DNA of 64,000 bases, taken from NCBI GenBank assembly GCA_040771865.1, contig JAXGZF010000010.1, forward strand, positions 1-64,000. The letters are read 5' to 3'. Both the position numbers and the translations under genes were made by a program. The DNA comes from Desulfobacterales bacterium (GTDB lineage: Bacteria; Desulfobacterota; Desulfobacteria; Desulfobacterales; UBA2245). The notes beneath the pieces were generated by a model. It did not search any database and was not told where the DNA came from. It saw only the letters and a program-made list of their open reading frames with translations. This document shows positions 1 to 8,977 of the stretch, in pieces (position 1 is the stretch's first letter; each line of letters begins with the position of its first letter).

Positions 1-68
1 GGGCCAAGCTAACTTTCAGAAATTATGATAAATAATTTCAAAATAGCTCGCGAAATCAGGCTTTAAAC
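1..68. repeat. Direct repeat copy 1 (possible IS/MITE end); may extend left of the window
   Basis: GGGCCAAGCTAACTTTC...CGAAATCAGGCTT recurs at 650-717; 51 of the first 60 nt are identical by manual alignment. Confidence 0.8.
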
Positions 69-111
69 GACCTTGATAAAAGATGGAAAGAAAGGATTGG
101 GACATTTGGAA

Positions 112-278
112 ACGGTTGAGGCTCGCCGCGTGCTGTTGTGCTGCTGGGCAGTGTGGGCGCTTGACCTCGACGCGGTGGAACTGGCCGGAAGGCTTGGCAT
201 TTTTCATCCCACGGCCAGCCAATCGGTCAAACGAAGCGAAAAATCGTAAGAGACAAGGGGCTCAGGGTTCCGAAATGA
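112..278 (+). pseudogene. Remnant of the C-terminal HTH region of a RAYT/IS200-like tyrosine transposase
   Basis: Reads TVEARRVLLCCWAVWALDLDAVELAGRLGIFHPTASQSVKRSEK, then a frameshift to IVRDKGL; resembles the C-terminal tail of deltaproteobacterial Y1 transposases as I recall it. Confidence 0.5.
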
Positions 279-344
279 TTTATGCCAACATATCAATACC
301 CGTCCACAAAAATGACCAAACCGAGTACTTCGTTCGCCATTCGA

Positions 345-567
345 GAAAATCAAACGAACGATGCGGGAACGGATGTTTGGTCCAGCCGTTGGTTTGCCAG
401 GATTCTGGGCTGTGGAGATTACCTCAATTTCGAGGGGGTTGTCGAGAAGGCCAGGCTGGCATGTTTCAACAGCGGCCACCGCATTGAGGATCATTTCGGT
501 GACGTCACCGAAATGATCAAAATCGGCAGCGGTTCAGAACGCTCTCAAAACGGTTCTCCATTCCCGT
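345..567 (+). pseudogene. dinD: DinD (DNA-damage-inducible protein D) N-terminal fragment
   Basis: WSSRWFARILGCGDYLNFEGVVEKARLACFNSGHRIEDHFGDVTEMIKIGSG matches the DinD N-terminus; frameshifted LKTVLHSR follows and the gene is then truncated. Confidence 0.7.
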
Positions 568-633
568 ATCCATGTCGAGCTGGAGGACCTGAACGCCGAG
601 GCCGTGCAACTGGCCGCGACGGTCAAGAAGAAC
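568..633 (+). pseudogene. Type I R-M HsdM extreme C-terminal fragment
   Basis: IHVELEDLNAEAVQLAATVKKN resembles the HsdM C-terminal helix. Confidence 0.55.
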
Positions 634-649
634 ATAGTCTCAGGGGGTC

Positions 650-717
650 GGGCCAAGCTAACTTTCTGAAATCAGGATGATTCATTTCAAAATAACCCTC
701 GAAATCAGGCTTAAATC
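650..717. repeat. Direct repeat copy 2
   Basis: Imperfect copy of 1-68. Confidence 0.8.
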
Positions 718-718
718 C

Positions 719-764
719 AGCTTTTGGGTGCCGGAAAGCGAGCTCAAAGAAAACCGGGTACGAT
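719..764 (+). pseudogene. Second short HsdM-like fragment
   Basis: SFWVPESELKEN(+1 nt)GYD resembles the HsdM SFxV...ENGYDLS motif; very short. Confidence 0.35.
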
Positions 765-856
765 CGAACCGTATTTCTGATTCTGCAAAAGCGCCTTGGT
801 ATGCTTGAATGTGCTGCCGTGAACATTGGTCAGAGGACCCGGTCGAGGTGAGAAAC

Positions 857-1399
857 ATGCCCATGAAAAAACCGTTCCCCCGCAGTTACTGGGTCGTTCC
901 CGGCCGATTTCTGGCCGGGCATTATCCCGGAGACCGGCGCAGGGAGGAGATGGAGCGCAGGATGCAGGGCCTTCTGAATTGCGGCATACGCTGCGTCGTC
1001 AATCTGATGGAACCGGATGAGCGGGATTATGACGGCCTGCTGTTTGTAGATTATGCGCCGGTTCTGAAACGCCTCGCCGGCGGCGAAACTTCCATTGAAT
1101 GCTGCCGCATGCCCATTCGGGATTTCGATGCGCCTTCTCAGGAATTCATGATTCGAATCCTCGACCGGATCGACGCTTTTCTGAATGAAAACCGCTTCGT
1201 CTATGTTCACTGCTGGGGAGGGAGGGGCAGGACCGGCACGGTGGTGGGCTGCTGGCTTATCCGCCACGGCATCGCCGAAGGCCGGAGCGTTCTGGAAAAG
1301 ATCCGGGAGCTGCGACGTTCGGATCCCGGGGTTCGCTGGCCGTCCCCGGAAATGCCCGACCAGGTTCTCATGGTCCGGTCCTGGAAGAAGGGGAAATGA
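857..1399 (+). CDS. Dual-specificity / protein-tyrosine phosphatase family protein
   Basis: CX5R P-loop HCWGGRGRTG; PIRDFDAP acid loop; GAGGTG RBS before ATG 857 (ATG 863 is an alternative). Confidence 0.9.
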   Translation: MPMKKPFPRSYWVVPGRFLAGHYPGDRRREEMERRMQGLLNCGIRCVVNLMEPDERDYDGLLFVDYAPVLKRLAGGETSIECCRMPIRDFDAPSQEFMIRILDRIDAFLNENRFVYVHCWGGRGRTGTVVGCWLIRHGIAEGRSVLEKIRELRRSDPGVRWPSPEMPDQVLMVRSWKKGK

Positions 1400-1432
1400 A
1401 AACGGCAGCCCGGAAAAACGAGCTGCCGTTTT
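1399..1432. terminator. Bidirectional intrinsic terminator
   Basis: AAAACGGCAGC-N12-GCTGCCGTTTT between convergent genes. Confidence 0.8.
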
Positions 1433-1450
1433 ACATGTTGGAATGACGGG

Positions 1451-2719
1451 TCAGGGTTGTTTGGTATCTTTTTCAGCGGACCGGGTCATATAGACGGCCT
1501 GTTCCCGGATTTCAACCAGATCCTTCTGCATCTTGGCAAAGCCGTACCAAGTCGCATAGTCGGGGTTCATGTGAAAACCGGCCTGAAACGCCTTCATCCG
1601 GTGGTCCATGAACATCTCGTAGAGGGTCTGCTCGATCTTGGTGTCCACATCGTAAAAGGTCAGCAGATCCGGGTAGGCAAAGGGCTGGCCCGGTTTCTGC
1701 TTGATGATTCCCTTTTTGTAAAGGTCGGCCACGATCTCGATCGCCTCGGCAAAGATCCTGTCGGTTTCCCGCACCATCTGATCGGCGTTCTTGAAATTTT
1801 CCGCCACAAAGCCCGGGGAGTGGCAATCCTGGCAGATGGCGACAAACCTGGCCCGCTCGGCGTCGAACTCTTCACGGCTCAGCCGCGCGACCTTGCCGGC
1901 CTTGACCACATCCAGCCGGCCGGTGGGATTTCCTTCAGGGTCCAGAACGCCCAGGCCCTTGAGAATGGTGACGCGGTCCTGCATCCACGCCGGGTCGTCT
2001 TCCGGAAGGCGGACGGCCAGAAAACCCCAGGCCGTCATGACCCGGTGGTCGCCGCCGGCCATGTGACAGGTCTGGCAGCGGGGCGCACGGTCCTTGTTTT
2101 TCGGATCGATGATGCGGTTCATCAGATAGGTGACGCCGTGTTTTGCACCGGACCACATTTCCCATTGCGGGTGGTCAAACCCCATGTGGCAGGTCATGCA
2201 GGATTCCGGTTCCAGGGCCTCGGCCTTGGAAAAGGCGTGCCGGGTATGGCAGTTCTGGCAGTCCATTCCGTATTTGTAATACTTCCGGTTTTCCGTCTCC
2301 CGGTCCTTGGCTTCGGCCAGACCCATCGTATGACAGCCGCCGCAGCCTTTCTGGCCTTCAATAAACGCCTTGGGCTGCTGGTGGGTCCTAGGCATGGCAT
2401 CCATGGCAATTTTGCCCAGCGCGTGCTTGCCGTCCAGGTACTGGCCGGCTTGGGCGGCGTGGCAGCGCTTGCAGGTGGCGATCGTCGGCAGAACCGCCTG
2501 GTCCACGTTTTCTTCGCTGTTGTGTTTGCTGCCGTGGCAGGCCGCGCAGGTCAGTTTCTCGGCCATCTTTCCGCGGTTGAAGTCCGTTACCATGGCCGGC
2601 GAGATTCCGGCGTGGCATTCCTCGCATTCCGACGGCTTTGCCGCGACGGCGGCAGGAAAAGACGCCGCGAACATCAGAAGTGCGGCCAGCAGGCAGAACA
2701 CATTTCCGGCTTTGTTCAT
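1451..2719 (-). CDS. Periplasmic octaheme cytochrome c, hydroxylamine oxidoreductase (HAO)-like family
   Basis: Eight CxxCH motifs (CEECH, CAACH, CKRCH, CGGCH, CQNCH, CMTCH, CQTCH, CQDCH); HAO-family motifs CHTRHxFS, GFDHPQWE, HMNPDY; signal peptide; AGGAG RBS before ATG 2719. Confidence 0.9.
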   Translation of the reverse strand: MNKAGNVFCLLAALLMFAASFPAAVAAKPSECEECHAGISPAMVTDFNRGKMAEKLTCAACHGSKHNSEENVDQAVLPTIATCKRCHAAQAGQYLDGKHALGKIAMDAMPRTHQQPKAFIEGQKGCGGCHTMGLAEAKDRETENRKYYKYGMDCQNCHTRHAFSKAEALEPESCMTCHMGFDHPQWEMWSGAKHGVTYLMNRIIDPKNKDRAPRCQTCHMAGGDHRVMTAWGFLAVRLPEDDPAWMQDRVTILKGLGVLDPEGNPTGRLDVVKAGKVARLSREEFDAERARFVAICQDCHSPGFVAENFKNADQMVRETDRIFAEAIEIVADLYKKGIIKQKPGQPFAYPDLLTFYDVDTKIEQTLYEMFMDHRMKAFQAGFHMNPDYATWYGFAKMQKDLVEIREQAVYMTRSAEKDTKQP

Positions 2720-2941
2720 ATGCTTCTCCTTTCCTTCATCAGAATTTCGTGACAAACAGAGGTTGACTTTGCAGTAATTTGCGGTCCGAAGCAGGAGCGC
2801 CTGAAGCGTTGAACGGCCCTGAATTCCGGTCCGAAACAGGTTGAGTTTCATGCTCCGGATGTTGAAATCATATAGCTTCTCTGAATTGAACGCAACTGAT
2901 TTGAAACCATGATTTGAAAACACGGCGGATGAAAAGTCGGA

Positions 2942-2969
2942 TTGACAAACCGGCCGGGCAGGTTCTAAT
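2942..2969 (+). promoter_or_regulatory. Putative sigma70 promoter for the GNAT gene
   Basis: TTGACA-16 nt-TCTAAT. Confidence 0.45.
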
Positions 2970-3027
2970 GAAAGTCATGAGCGGATCGGTTTCTTACTAA
3001 CCCTCGGCCGTTATCGGAGACATCTTT

Positions 3028-3522
3028 ATGCCGGATCTCAAACTCAACACGGGCTATCTGCCCGGCCTGATCGGACGGATTGCCGAGCTTCATGCCCTGT
3101 ACTATCACGAACACTGGGGTTTCGGCGCCTTTTTTGAAGCCAAGGTGGCTTCGGAACTGGCCCAGTTCATTACGCGATACGATGCGGACCTGGATGGGGT
3201 GTGGACCGTGACCTCGGAAAACCGGGTCGAGGGTTCCATTGTCATGGACAGGCCGGATGAAAGCGGGCGGGGCGCTCATCTGCGATGGTTTATCACCTCG
3301 CCGGAAATTCAAGGAAAAGGGTGGGGCGGCCGGCTGATCGATACGGCAATGGATTTTTGCAGGGACAGAGGGTATGAGAAGGTTTATCTCTGGACCTTCG
3401 AGGGCCTTTACCCGGCCCGGCATCTTTATGAGAAAACGGGTTTCCGGCTGGTGGAGCAGCATATCGGCCGGCAGTGGGGCAAAACGGTCAATGAACAGCG
3501 TTTTGAAGCCGTGCTGTCGTGA
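3028..3522 (+). CDS. GNAT family N-acetyltransferase
   Basis: LRWF..P..QGKGWG acetyl-CoA motif; LWTFEGL..ARHLYEKTGF. Confidence 0.9.
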   Translation: MPDLKLNTGYLPGLIGRIAELHALYYHEHWGFGAFFEAKVASELAQFITRYDADLDGVWTVTSENRVEGSIVMDRPDESGRGAHLRWFITSPEIQGKGWGGRLIDTAMDFCRDRGYEKVYLWTFEGLYPARHLYEKTGFRLVEQHIGRQWGKTVNEQRFEAVLS

Positions 3523-3591
3523 ACTGCGGATTGATCCTCGTTTACAGCTGATTTCAATACAGAGGGCCATTCAAGGAGACCGAAAAAACCG

Positions 3592-5592
3592 GTGGGAATT
3601 GCGGCAGACATCGTCATTATTGTGGTTGCGGCACTGGCCGGCGGCCTGATCGCACAGAAACTCAAGCTCCCCCTGATTCTGGGATATATTCTGTCCGGGG
3701 TGCTGGTAGGACCCTACACCGGCGGCGTCACGGTTTCGGACATTCACGATATCGAACTGCTGGCGGAAATCGGGGTGGCCCTTCTGCTTTTTGCTCTGGG
3801 CCTCGAGTTTTCGTTCAAGAAATTAATGCCCGTGCGTCATATCGCCCTGTTCGGCACGCCCATTCAGATGCTGCTGACCATGGGCATTGGGGCAGGCATC
3901 GGCCGGTGGCTCGGCTGGGAGTGGATTCCATCCATCTGGCTGGGCGCCCTGATTTCCCTGTCCAGCACCATGGTCATCCTGAAAACCCTGATGAACCAGG
4001 GCTGGATGGGGACGCTTTCCAGCCGGGTGATGATCGGCATGCTGATCGTCCAGGACCTTGCGGTCATTCCGATGATGATCATCCTGCCGAAGCTCAACGA
4101 CCCGCAGGCCGGTCTGCCGATCCTGGCCTGGGCCGCGGTAAAAGCCGCCCTCTTTCTGGCCGCGACGATTCTGGTCGGCACCCGGCTGCTGCCGCGCGTG
4201 ATGGCCGTGATTGCCGGGTGGAATTCCCGTGAGCTGTTTCTTTTGGCCATTACCGCCCTCGGGCTCGGCATCGGTTACGCCACCTACCTGATCGGGCTTT
4301 CGTTTTCCTTTGGCGCGTTTATTGCCGGGATGGTGCTCAGCGAGTCGGATTACGGGCATCAGGCGCTGAGCGACATCATTCCCCTGCGGGATCTGTTCGG
4401 CCTGCTCTTCTTTGCCTCGGTGGGCATGCTGCTGGACCCGGCCTTTCTGATTTCGGACATCGGCGCGGTGCTGGCGATCGTCGTTGTGGTTTCTGTCGGA
4501 AAGGCCCTGATTTTCATGGCTTTATCGGCATCCTTCGGGTACGGCAACGTGGTTCCGCTGGCCACGGGGCTGGGATTGTTTCAAATCGGCGAGTTCAGCT
4601 TTGTGCTGGCGCGAATGGGCATTCAGACGAATTCGATCAGCCACGAGGTCTATTCCCTGGTTCTGACGACCGCCATTATTACCATGATCGCCACACCGTT
4701 TGTTTCGGGATTTACCGCTCCGCTGTACGCGCTCAGGAAACGAAGGTTCAATCACGAACCGCTTCAGACCATCAATATTCCTTCAACCGGACTTCGCAAC
4801 CATGTGGTGATTGCCGGCGGCGGACGCATCGGCCATCACGTTGCTCAGGTGCTGCGGCGGCTGAACCTCGCCTTTGTGATTATTGAACTGGACTTTCACC
4901 GGCTGGAGCAGGCAAAGGCAGCCTCCCTGCCGGTCATTTACGGGGATGCCAGCCAGCAGGTGGTGCTGGAGGCCGCCGAAATAGAGCATGCGGCCTTGCT
5001 TCTCATCACCGTTCCGGCCAATCTGGTTTCCCAGGCCATCGTCAAACAGGTCCGTCGAATGAACCCGGATCTGGATATCGTCGCCCGAGCCGAAAGCCTG
5101 GATTTGATGAAAAAATTATATCAATACGGCGTTTACGAGGTGGTTCAGCCGGAGTTTGAGGCAGGCCTTGAGATCACCCGCCAGGCTCTGCTGCATCTCA
5201 ATGTTCCGACCGCCGAAATCCAGCAGTACACGGACGCGATTCGAAGGGAATTATACGCCCCGATGTATGAGAAGAACTATTCCTACCGGACCATCTCTGA
5301 TTTGCGGAATGTCGCCGGCATGCTGGAGCTTGCCTGGGTAAATATCGTGTCCGGCAGCGCGATGATCGGAAAAACGATCGGGGAACTCGCTATCCGGAGT
5401 CGAACCGGCGTTTCCGTGGTGGGGGTCATGCGCGGCGGAAACCTGCATTCAAACCCGGACGCCGAATTCCGGTTTATGACGGAGGATATCGTGGCGATCA
5501 TCGGCAAGGCGCAGGAGCGCTGCTCTTTTCAGGCCCTGGCCGGTTCGGGCGCCTGTGATGCGCAAACCGCATTCGGCGATGAAACGCGATAG
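3592..5592 (+). CDS. CPA2 cation:proton antiporter with TrkA-N and TrkA-C (RCK) domains
   Basis: About 12 TM segments with LSSTMV, IVQDL and [16 protein letters not shown] Rossmann motif; C-terminal GKTIGEL RCK_C. Confidence 0.92.
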   Translation: MGIAADIVIIVVAALAGGLIAQKLKLPLILGYILSGVLVGPYTGGVTVSDIHDIELLAEIGVALLLFALGLEFSFKKLMPVRHIALFGTPIQMLLTMGIGAGIGRWLGWEWIPSIWLGALISLSSTMVILKTLMNQGWMGTLSSRVMIGMLIVQDLAVIPMMIILPKLNDPQAGLPILAWAAVKAALFLAATILVGTRLLPRVMAVIAGWNSRELFLLAITALGLGIGYATYLIGLSFSFGAFIAGMVLSESDYGHQALSDIIPLRDLFGLLFFASVGMLLDPAFLISDIGAVLAIVVVVSVGKALIFMALSASFGYGNVVPLATGLGLFQIGEFSFVLARMGIQTNSISHEVYSLVLTTAIITMIATPFVSGFTAPLYALRKRRFNHEPLQTINIPSTGLRNHVVIAGGGRIGHHVAQVLRRLNLAFVIIELDFHRLEQAKAASLPVIYGDASQQVVLEAAEIEHAALLLITVPANLVSQAIVKQVRRMNPDLDIVARAESLDLMKKLYQYGVYEVVQPEFEAGLEITRQALLHLNVPTAEIQQYTDAIRRELYAPMYEKNYSYRTISDLRNVAGMLELAWVNIVSGSAMIGKTIGELAIRSRTGVSVVGVMRGGNLHSNPDAEFRFMTEDIVAIIGKAQERCSFQALAGSGACDAQTAFGDETR

Positions 5593-5879
5593 GCGTTTTG
5601 TTCAATTCCCGCCCATCAAAGCTTATGTTGAAACAATGCATAAATGAGTGTAAATTCAATTCATGTGCTGATCCATGAAATCGGCAAAATTGCGCTTGAA
5701 AATCGCCTGTTTCTCCGTCTGACCCCATGCCGAAAATCTCTGTTTTTGGAATGCCGATCCTCTGAGATCGTATCCGGCCTGATATTCGAACGAAGTCGGC
5801 ATTGCGATTTCTGATCGTGCCCGAAGCGTCCTGTCTTTGGCGCAGATGAACGCATGAACATTCAACAAGGAGGCATGAA

Positions 5880-6353
5880 ATGAAAAAGATCATCATTGGC
5901 ATGGCGTTGTTAATTGTTTTTGCGATATCCGGCGCATCGGTTTATGCTGAGATGCCCGGACCCGATCCCGGGGCGCTCTGGAATTACATCGCCGTGGAAT
6001 CTCCTTACCAGAACTGGTCTTTCTGGCCGGATCATCAGGGAATGCAGCCGGGACGAGCCCCGCACGGGCCTTTTCACAAGGTCTTTGTCAATGACCTGGC
6101 CCTGAATTCGCCGAAAGCGCCGGTTCAAAACGGATCGATCGAGGTCAAGGAAAACTACGGCAAAGCCGGCGAACTGGCCGCCATTACCGTGATGTACAAG
6201 ATCAGCGGCTATAACCCGAATGACGGAGACTGGTTCTGGGTCAAATACAGCCCCGACGGCAAGGCCGACGCGGCCGGGAAGATAGCGGGATGCATCGGAT
6301 GTCACGGAACCCGCGCTTCCAACGACTTTATTCTGGTGCACGAATTCAAATAA
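5880..6353 (+). CDS. Cytochrome P460 family protein
   Basis: Signal peptide; GSIEVKENY, VMYK, GDWFW and a single C-terminal CIGCH. Confidence 0.85.
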   Translation: MKKIIIGMALLIVFAISGASVYAEMPGPDPGALWNYIAVESPYQNWSFWPDHQGMQPGRAPHGPFHKVFVNDLALNSPKAPVQNGSIEVKENYGKAGELAAITVMYKISGYNPNDGDWFWVKYSPDGKADAAGKIAGCIGCHGTRASNDFILVHEFK

Positions 6354-6371
6354 GATTCGAACGGATTGCGT

Positions 6372-6800
6372 ATGATTCTGCTGCATGCGGTTTTACAATG
6401 CTTGTCCACTCTGGCGGCCGCTTATGCATTTTATCTTGGAATAGCGCGCTTCCAGGCACTTCACCTGGGCCGGAAGGCCGCCTTCAAATGGAAAAGGCAT
6501 GTATGGGTCGGCTCTATTGCGCTGATTCTGATGCTCGCCGGCGGTTTGCTCGGGGTGATGCTCATATACTTATATTGGAATCGTTTTCTGATGGCAGGAT
6601 TGCATGCCGCAATCGGCGTGGCGATGATGCCCTTGATGCTCTTCGGCCTGGTTTCGGGCTATTTCATGAATCGCGACAGGAAAAGACGGCCCGCGCTCGC
6701 CCTGGTTCACGGCATCAACAATCTGCTCGTCGTCATTCTGGCGGCCTGGCAGATTAAAACCGGTTTGCAGGTTTATGCGCTGTACGTTTCAGCCGGGTGA
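6372..6800 (+). CDS. Four-TM membrane protein with conserved-looking His residues (DUF4079/cytochrome b-like)
   Basis: Four hydrophobic helices; His in LHA, KRHV, GLHA and LVHG. Confidence 0.65.
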   Translation: MILLHAVLQCLSTLAAAYAFYLGIARFQALHLGRKAAFKWKRHVWVGSIALILMLAGGLLGVMLIYLYWNRFLMAGLHAAIGVAMMPLMLFGLVSGYFMNRDRKRRPALALVHGINNLLVVILAAWQIKTGLQVYALYVSAG

Positions 6801-7024
6801 AGAGGGCAAAAAGGATTCAGATTCGATTTTCGACCGTGCATTATTGGATGCGACCGTGCTTCGGGCCATGATTCAGGCCTAAGCACGGTTTTTTCAGACA
6901 GGCCGGTCCTCACCGGAAATGCCGCTTCCTGCCGCATAACCCTGCTCTGCGATTTTGGATGGGTTTTTTGAAACCGCTGTGATATAAAAGCATGTTTCAA
7001 ATAACAAAATCACCTTGAGGCGAT

Positions 7025-7498
7025 ATGCGTGCAGGACTGGGATATGATGTGCACCGGCTGGTCGAAGGCAGAAAGCTGATGCTCGGCGGCGTTGAGATTC
7101 CCTTTGAAAAGGGGCTTCTCGGGCATTCCGACGCGGATGTTCTGCTTCATGCCCTGTGCGACGCCATGCTCGGCGCCGCAGGCCTGGGGGATATCGGCAT
7201 GCATTTTCCGGATACGGACAGCCGGTACAAGGACATCTCCAGTCTGGTTCTGCTCGAAAGCACCCGGGCGATGGTTCGAAAAACCGGGTACCGGGTGGTA
7301 AACATCGATGCCACGGTTTTTGCACAGGCCCCGAAGATCGCCCCGTATCGAATTGCCATTCAGAAATCCATCGCATCCGCATTGCGAATTGAAATCGATG
7401 CGGTGAACATCAAAGCCACGACCACCGAAGGCCTCGGCACGATCGGCGAAGGAGAAGGCATCGGCGCCATGTGCGTGGCGCTGCTGGAAAAACGATGA
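7025..7498 (+). CDS. ispF: 2-C-methyl-D-erythritol 2,4-cyclodiphosphate synthase
   Basis: GLGYDVH, GHSDADVLLHA, GDIGMHFPDTD, KATTTEGLG. Confidence 0.97.
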   Translation: MRAGLGYDVHRLVEGRKLMLGGVEIPFEKGLLGHSDADVLLHALCDAMLGAAGLGDIGMHFPDTDSRYKDISSLVLLESTRAMVRKTGYRVVNIDATVFAQAPKIAPYRIAIQKSIASALRIEIDAVNIKATTTEGLGTIGEGEGIGAMCVALLEKR

Positions 7499-7529
7499 AA
7501 CCGCACCGACTTGAAAGGATTTTCATGCG

Positions 7530-8945
7530 ATGACGCTTCGAGTTTACAATACCCTGGGAAGAAAAAAGGAAGTTTTTGAACCGATTGAACCCGGAAAGGT
7601 TCGAATGTACGTCTGCGGACCCACGGTCTATGATTCCTGCCACATCGGCCATGCCCGTTCCGTGGTGGTTTTCGACGTGATCGTCCGCTATCTTGAGGCT
7701 GCGGGATATGCGGTCACCTATGTGAGAAACTTTACCGATGTGGACGACAAGATCATCAAGAGGGCCAACGAGATGGGCATCGGCACGGCGCAGCTGGCCG
7801 AAAAGTTCATTGCCGAGTTTTACCGGGACATGGATGCGCTGAATATTCGGCGGGCGACCGTCGAACCCAGAGCCACCGAGCATATCGATGCGATCATTCG
7901 GGTTATTGAAAGGCTGTCTGCAAAAGGTCTGGCCTATGTCGTGGACGGGGATGTCTATTTTTCGGTGGCCGATTTTGCGGACTACGGAAAACTTTCCGGC
8001 AGAAAACTCGAAGACATGGAAGCCGGGGCCCGGGTGGATGTGGATGACCGAAAGAAAAACCCGTTTGACTTTGCCCTGTGGAAATCGGCCAAGCCCGGAG
8101 AGCCCAGCTGGGAAAGCCCCTGGGGCAGGGGGCGTCCGGGATGGCACATCGAGTGTTCGGCCATGAGCGGCGTCTTTCTCGGGGAAAGCTTCGATATTCA
8201 CGGCGGCGGCAAGGACCTGATCTTTCCGCATCATGAAAATGAGATCGCCCAGTCCGAGGGCGCATTTGGAAAACCATTCGCGAAATACTGGATTCACAAC
8301 GGATTTGTCAATATCAACCAGGAAAAGATGTCCAAGTCTCTGGGCAATTTTCTGATGATCCGGGACGTGCTCGAGTCCTATCATCCCGAGAGCGTCCGCC
8401 TGTTTCTGCTGTCCAATCATTACCGCAGTCCGATTGACTTCAGCGACAGGGCCATGGACGAATCCACCACGGCGCTGGATAAGATCTATGCGCTGATGGA
8501 GCGTTTCGAGGAGATTCCGGCGGCTGAAAACAGCGGCGCCCTCTGGAACAGCTTTCGAGAGGCCATGGATGATGACTTTAATACCGCCCGGGGGATCGGA
8601 ATCGTGTTCGATGCGGTCCGGAACCTCAACCGCCTTCTGGATGAAAACCTTGACCCGGCTTCCATGCCTGAACTGCGATCCGCCAAAGCCGATTTTCTGA
8701 AAATCGGAGACATTCTCGGCATTCTTCAGGAGCCGCCGAACCAGTATTTTGAAAAGAAGAAATCCCGGGGGCTTGAAAAGAGCGCGGTGGATCCCGAAAC
8801 CATTGACAAGCTCATCGCCGAGCGTCTGGCGGCCCGCAAATCCAAAAACTGGGCCAGAGCCGACGAGATTCGCGATTTTCTGGCCGGCCATAACATTGTG
8901 CTTGAGGATCGTCCCGAAGGCACGGTCTGGAAGATCAAAGATTGA
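7530..8945 (+). CDS. cysS: Cysteine--tRNA ligase
   Basis: CGPTVY, HIGH, GWHIECSAM, KMSKS. Confidence 0.98.
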   Translation: MTLRVYNTLGRKKEVFEPIEPGKVRMYVCGPTVYDSCHIGHARSVVVFDVIVRYLEAAGYAVTYVRNFTDVDDKIIKRANEMGIGTAQLAEKFIAEFYRDMDALNIRRATVEPRATEHIDAIIRVIERLSAKGLAYVVDGDVYFSVADFADYGKLSGRKLEDMEAGARVDVDDRKKNPFDFALWKSAKPGEPSWESPWGRGRPGWHIECSAMSGVFLGESFDIHGGGKDLIFPHHENEIAQSEGAFGKPFAKYWIHNGFVNINQEKMSKSLGNFLMIRDVLESYHPESVRLFLLSNHYRSPIDFSDRAMDESTTALDKIYALMERFEEIPAAENSGALWNSFREAMDDDFNTARGIGIVFDAVRNLNRLLDENLDPASMPELRSAKADFLKIGDILGILQEPPNQYFEKKKSRGLEKSAVDPETIDKLIAERLAARKSKNWARADEIRDFLAGHNIVLEDRPEGTVWKIKD

Positions 8946-8977
8946 CCGATCTGCGCTCATGCTCCACGAAAACATGA

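Noticed and set aside
1..717. Repeat pair as a CRISPR array or integron attC array
   Set aside because: Only two copies, 68 bp long and 649 bp apart, with no cas or intI gene and no attC-like palindromic core
1457..2752. 431 aa plus-strand ORF
   Set aside because: Antisense shadow of the octaheme cytochrome gene; no recognisable motifs
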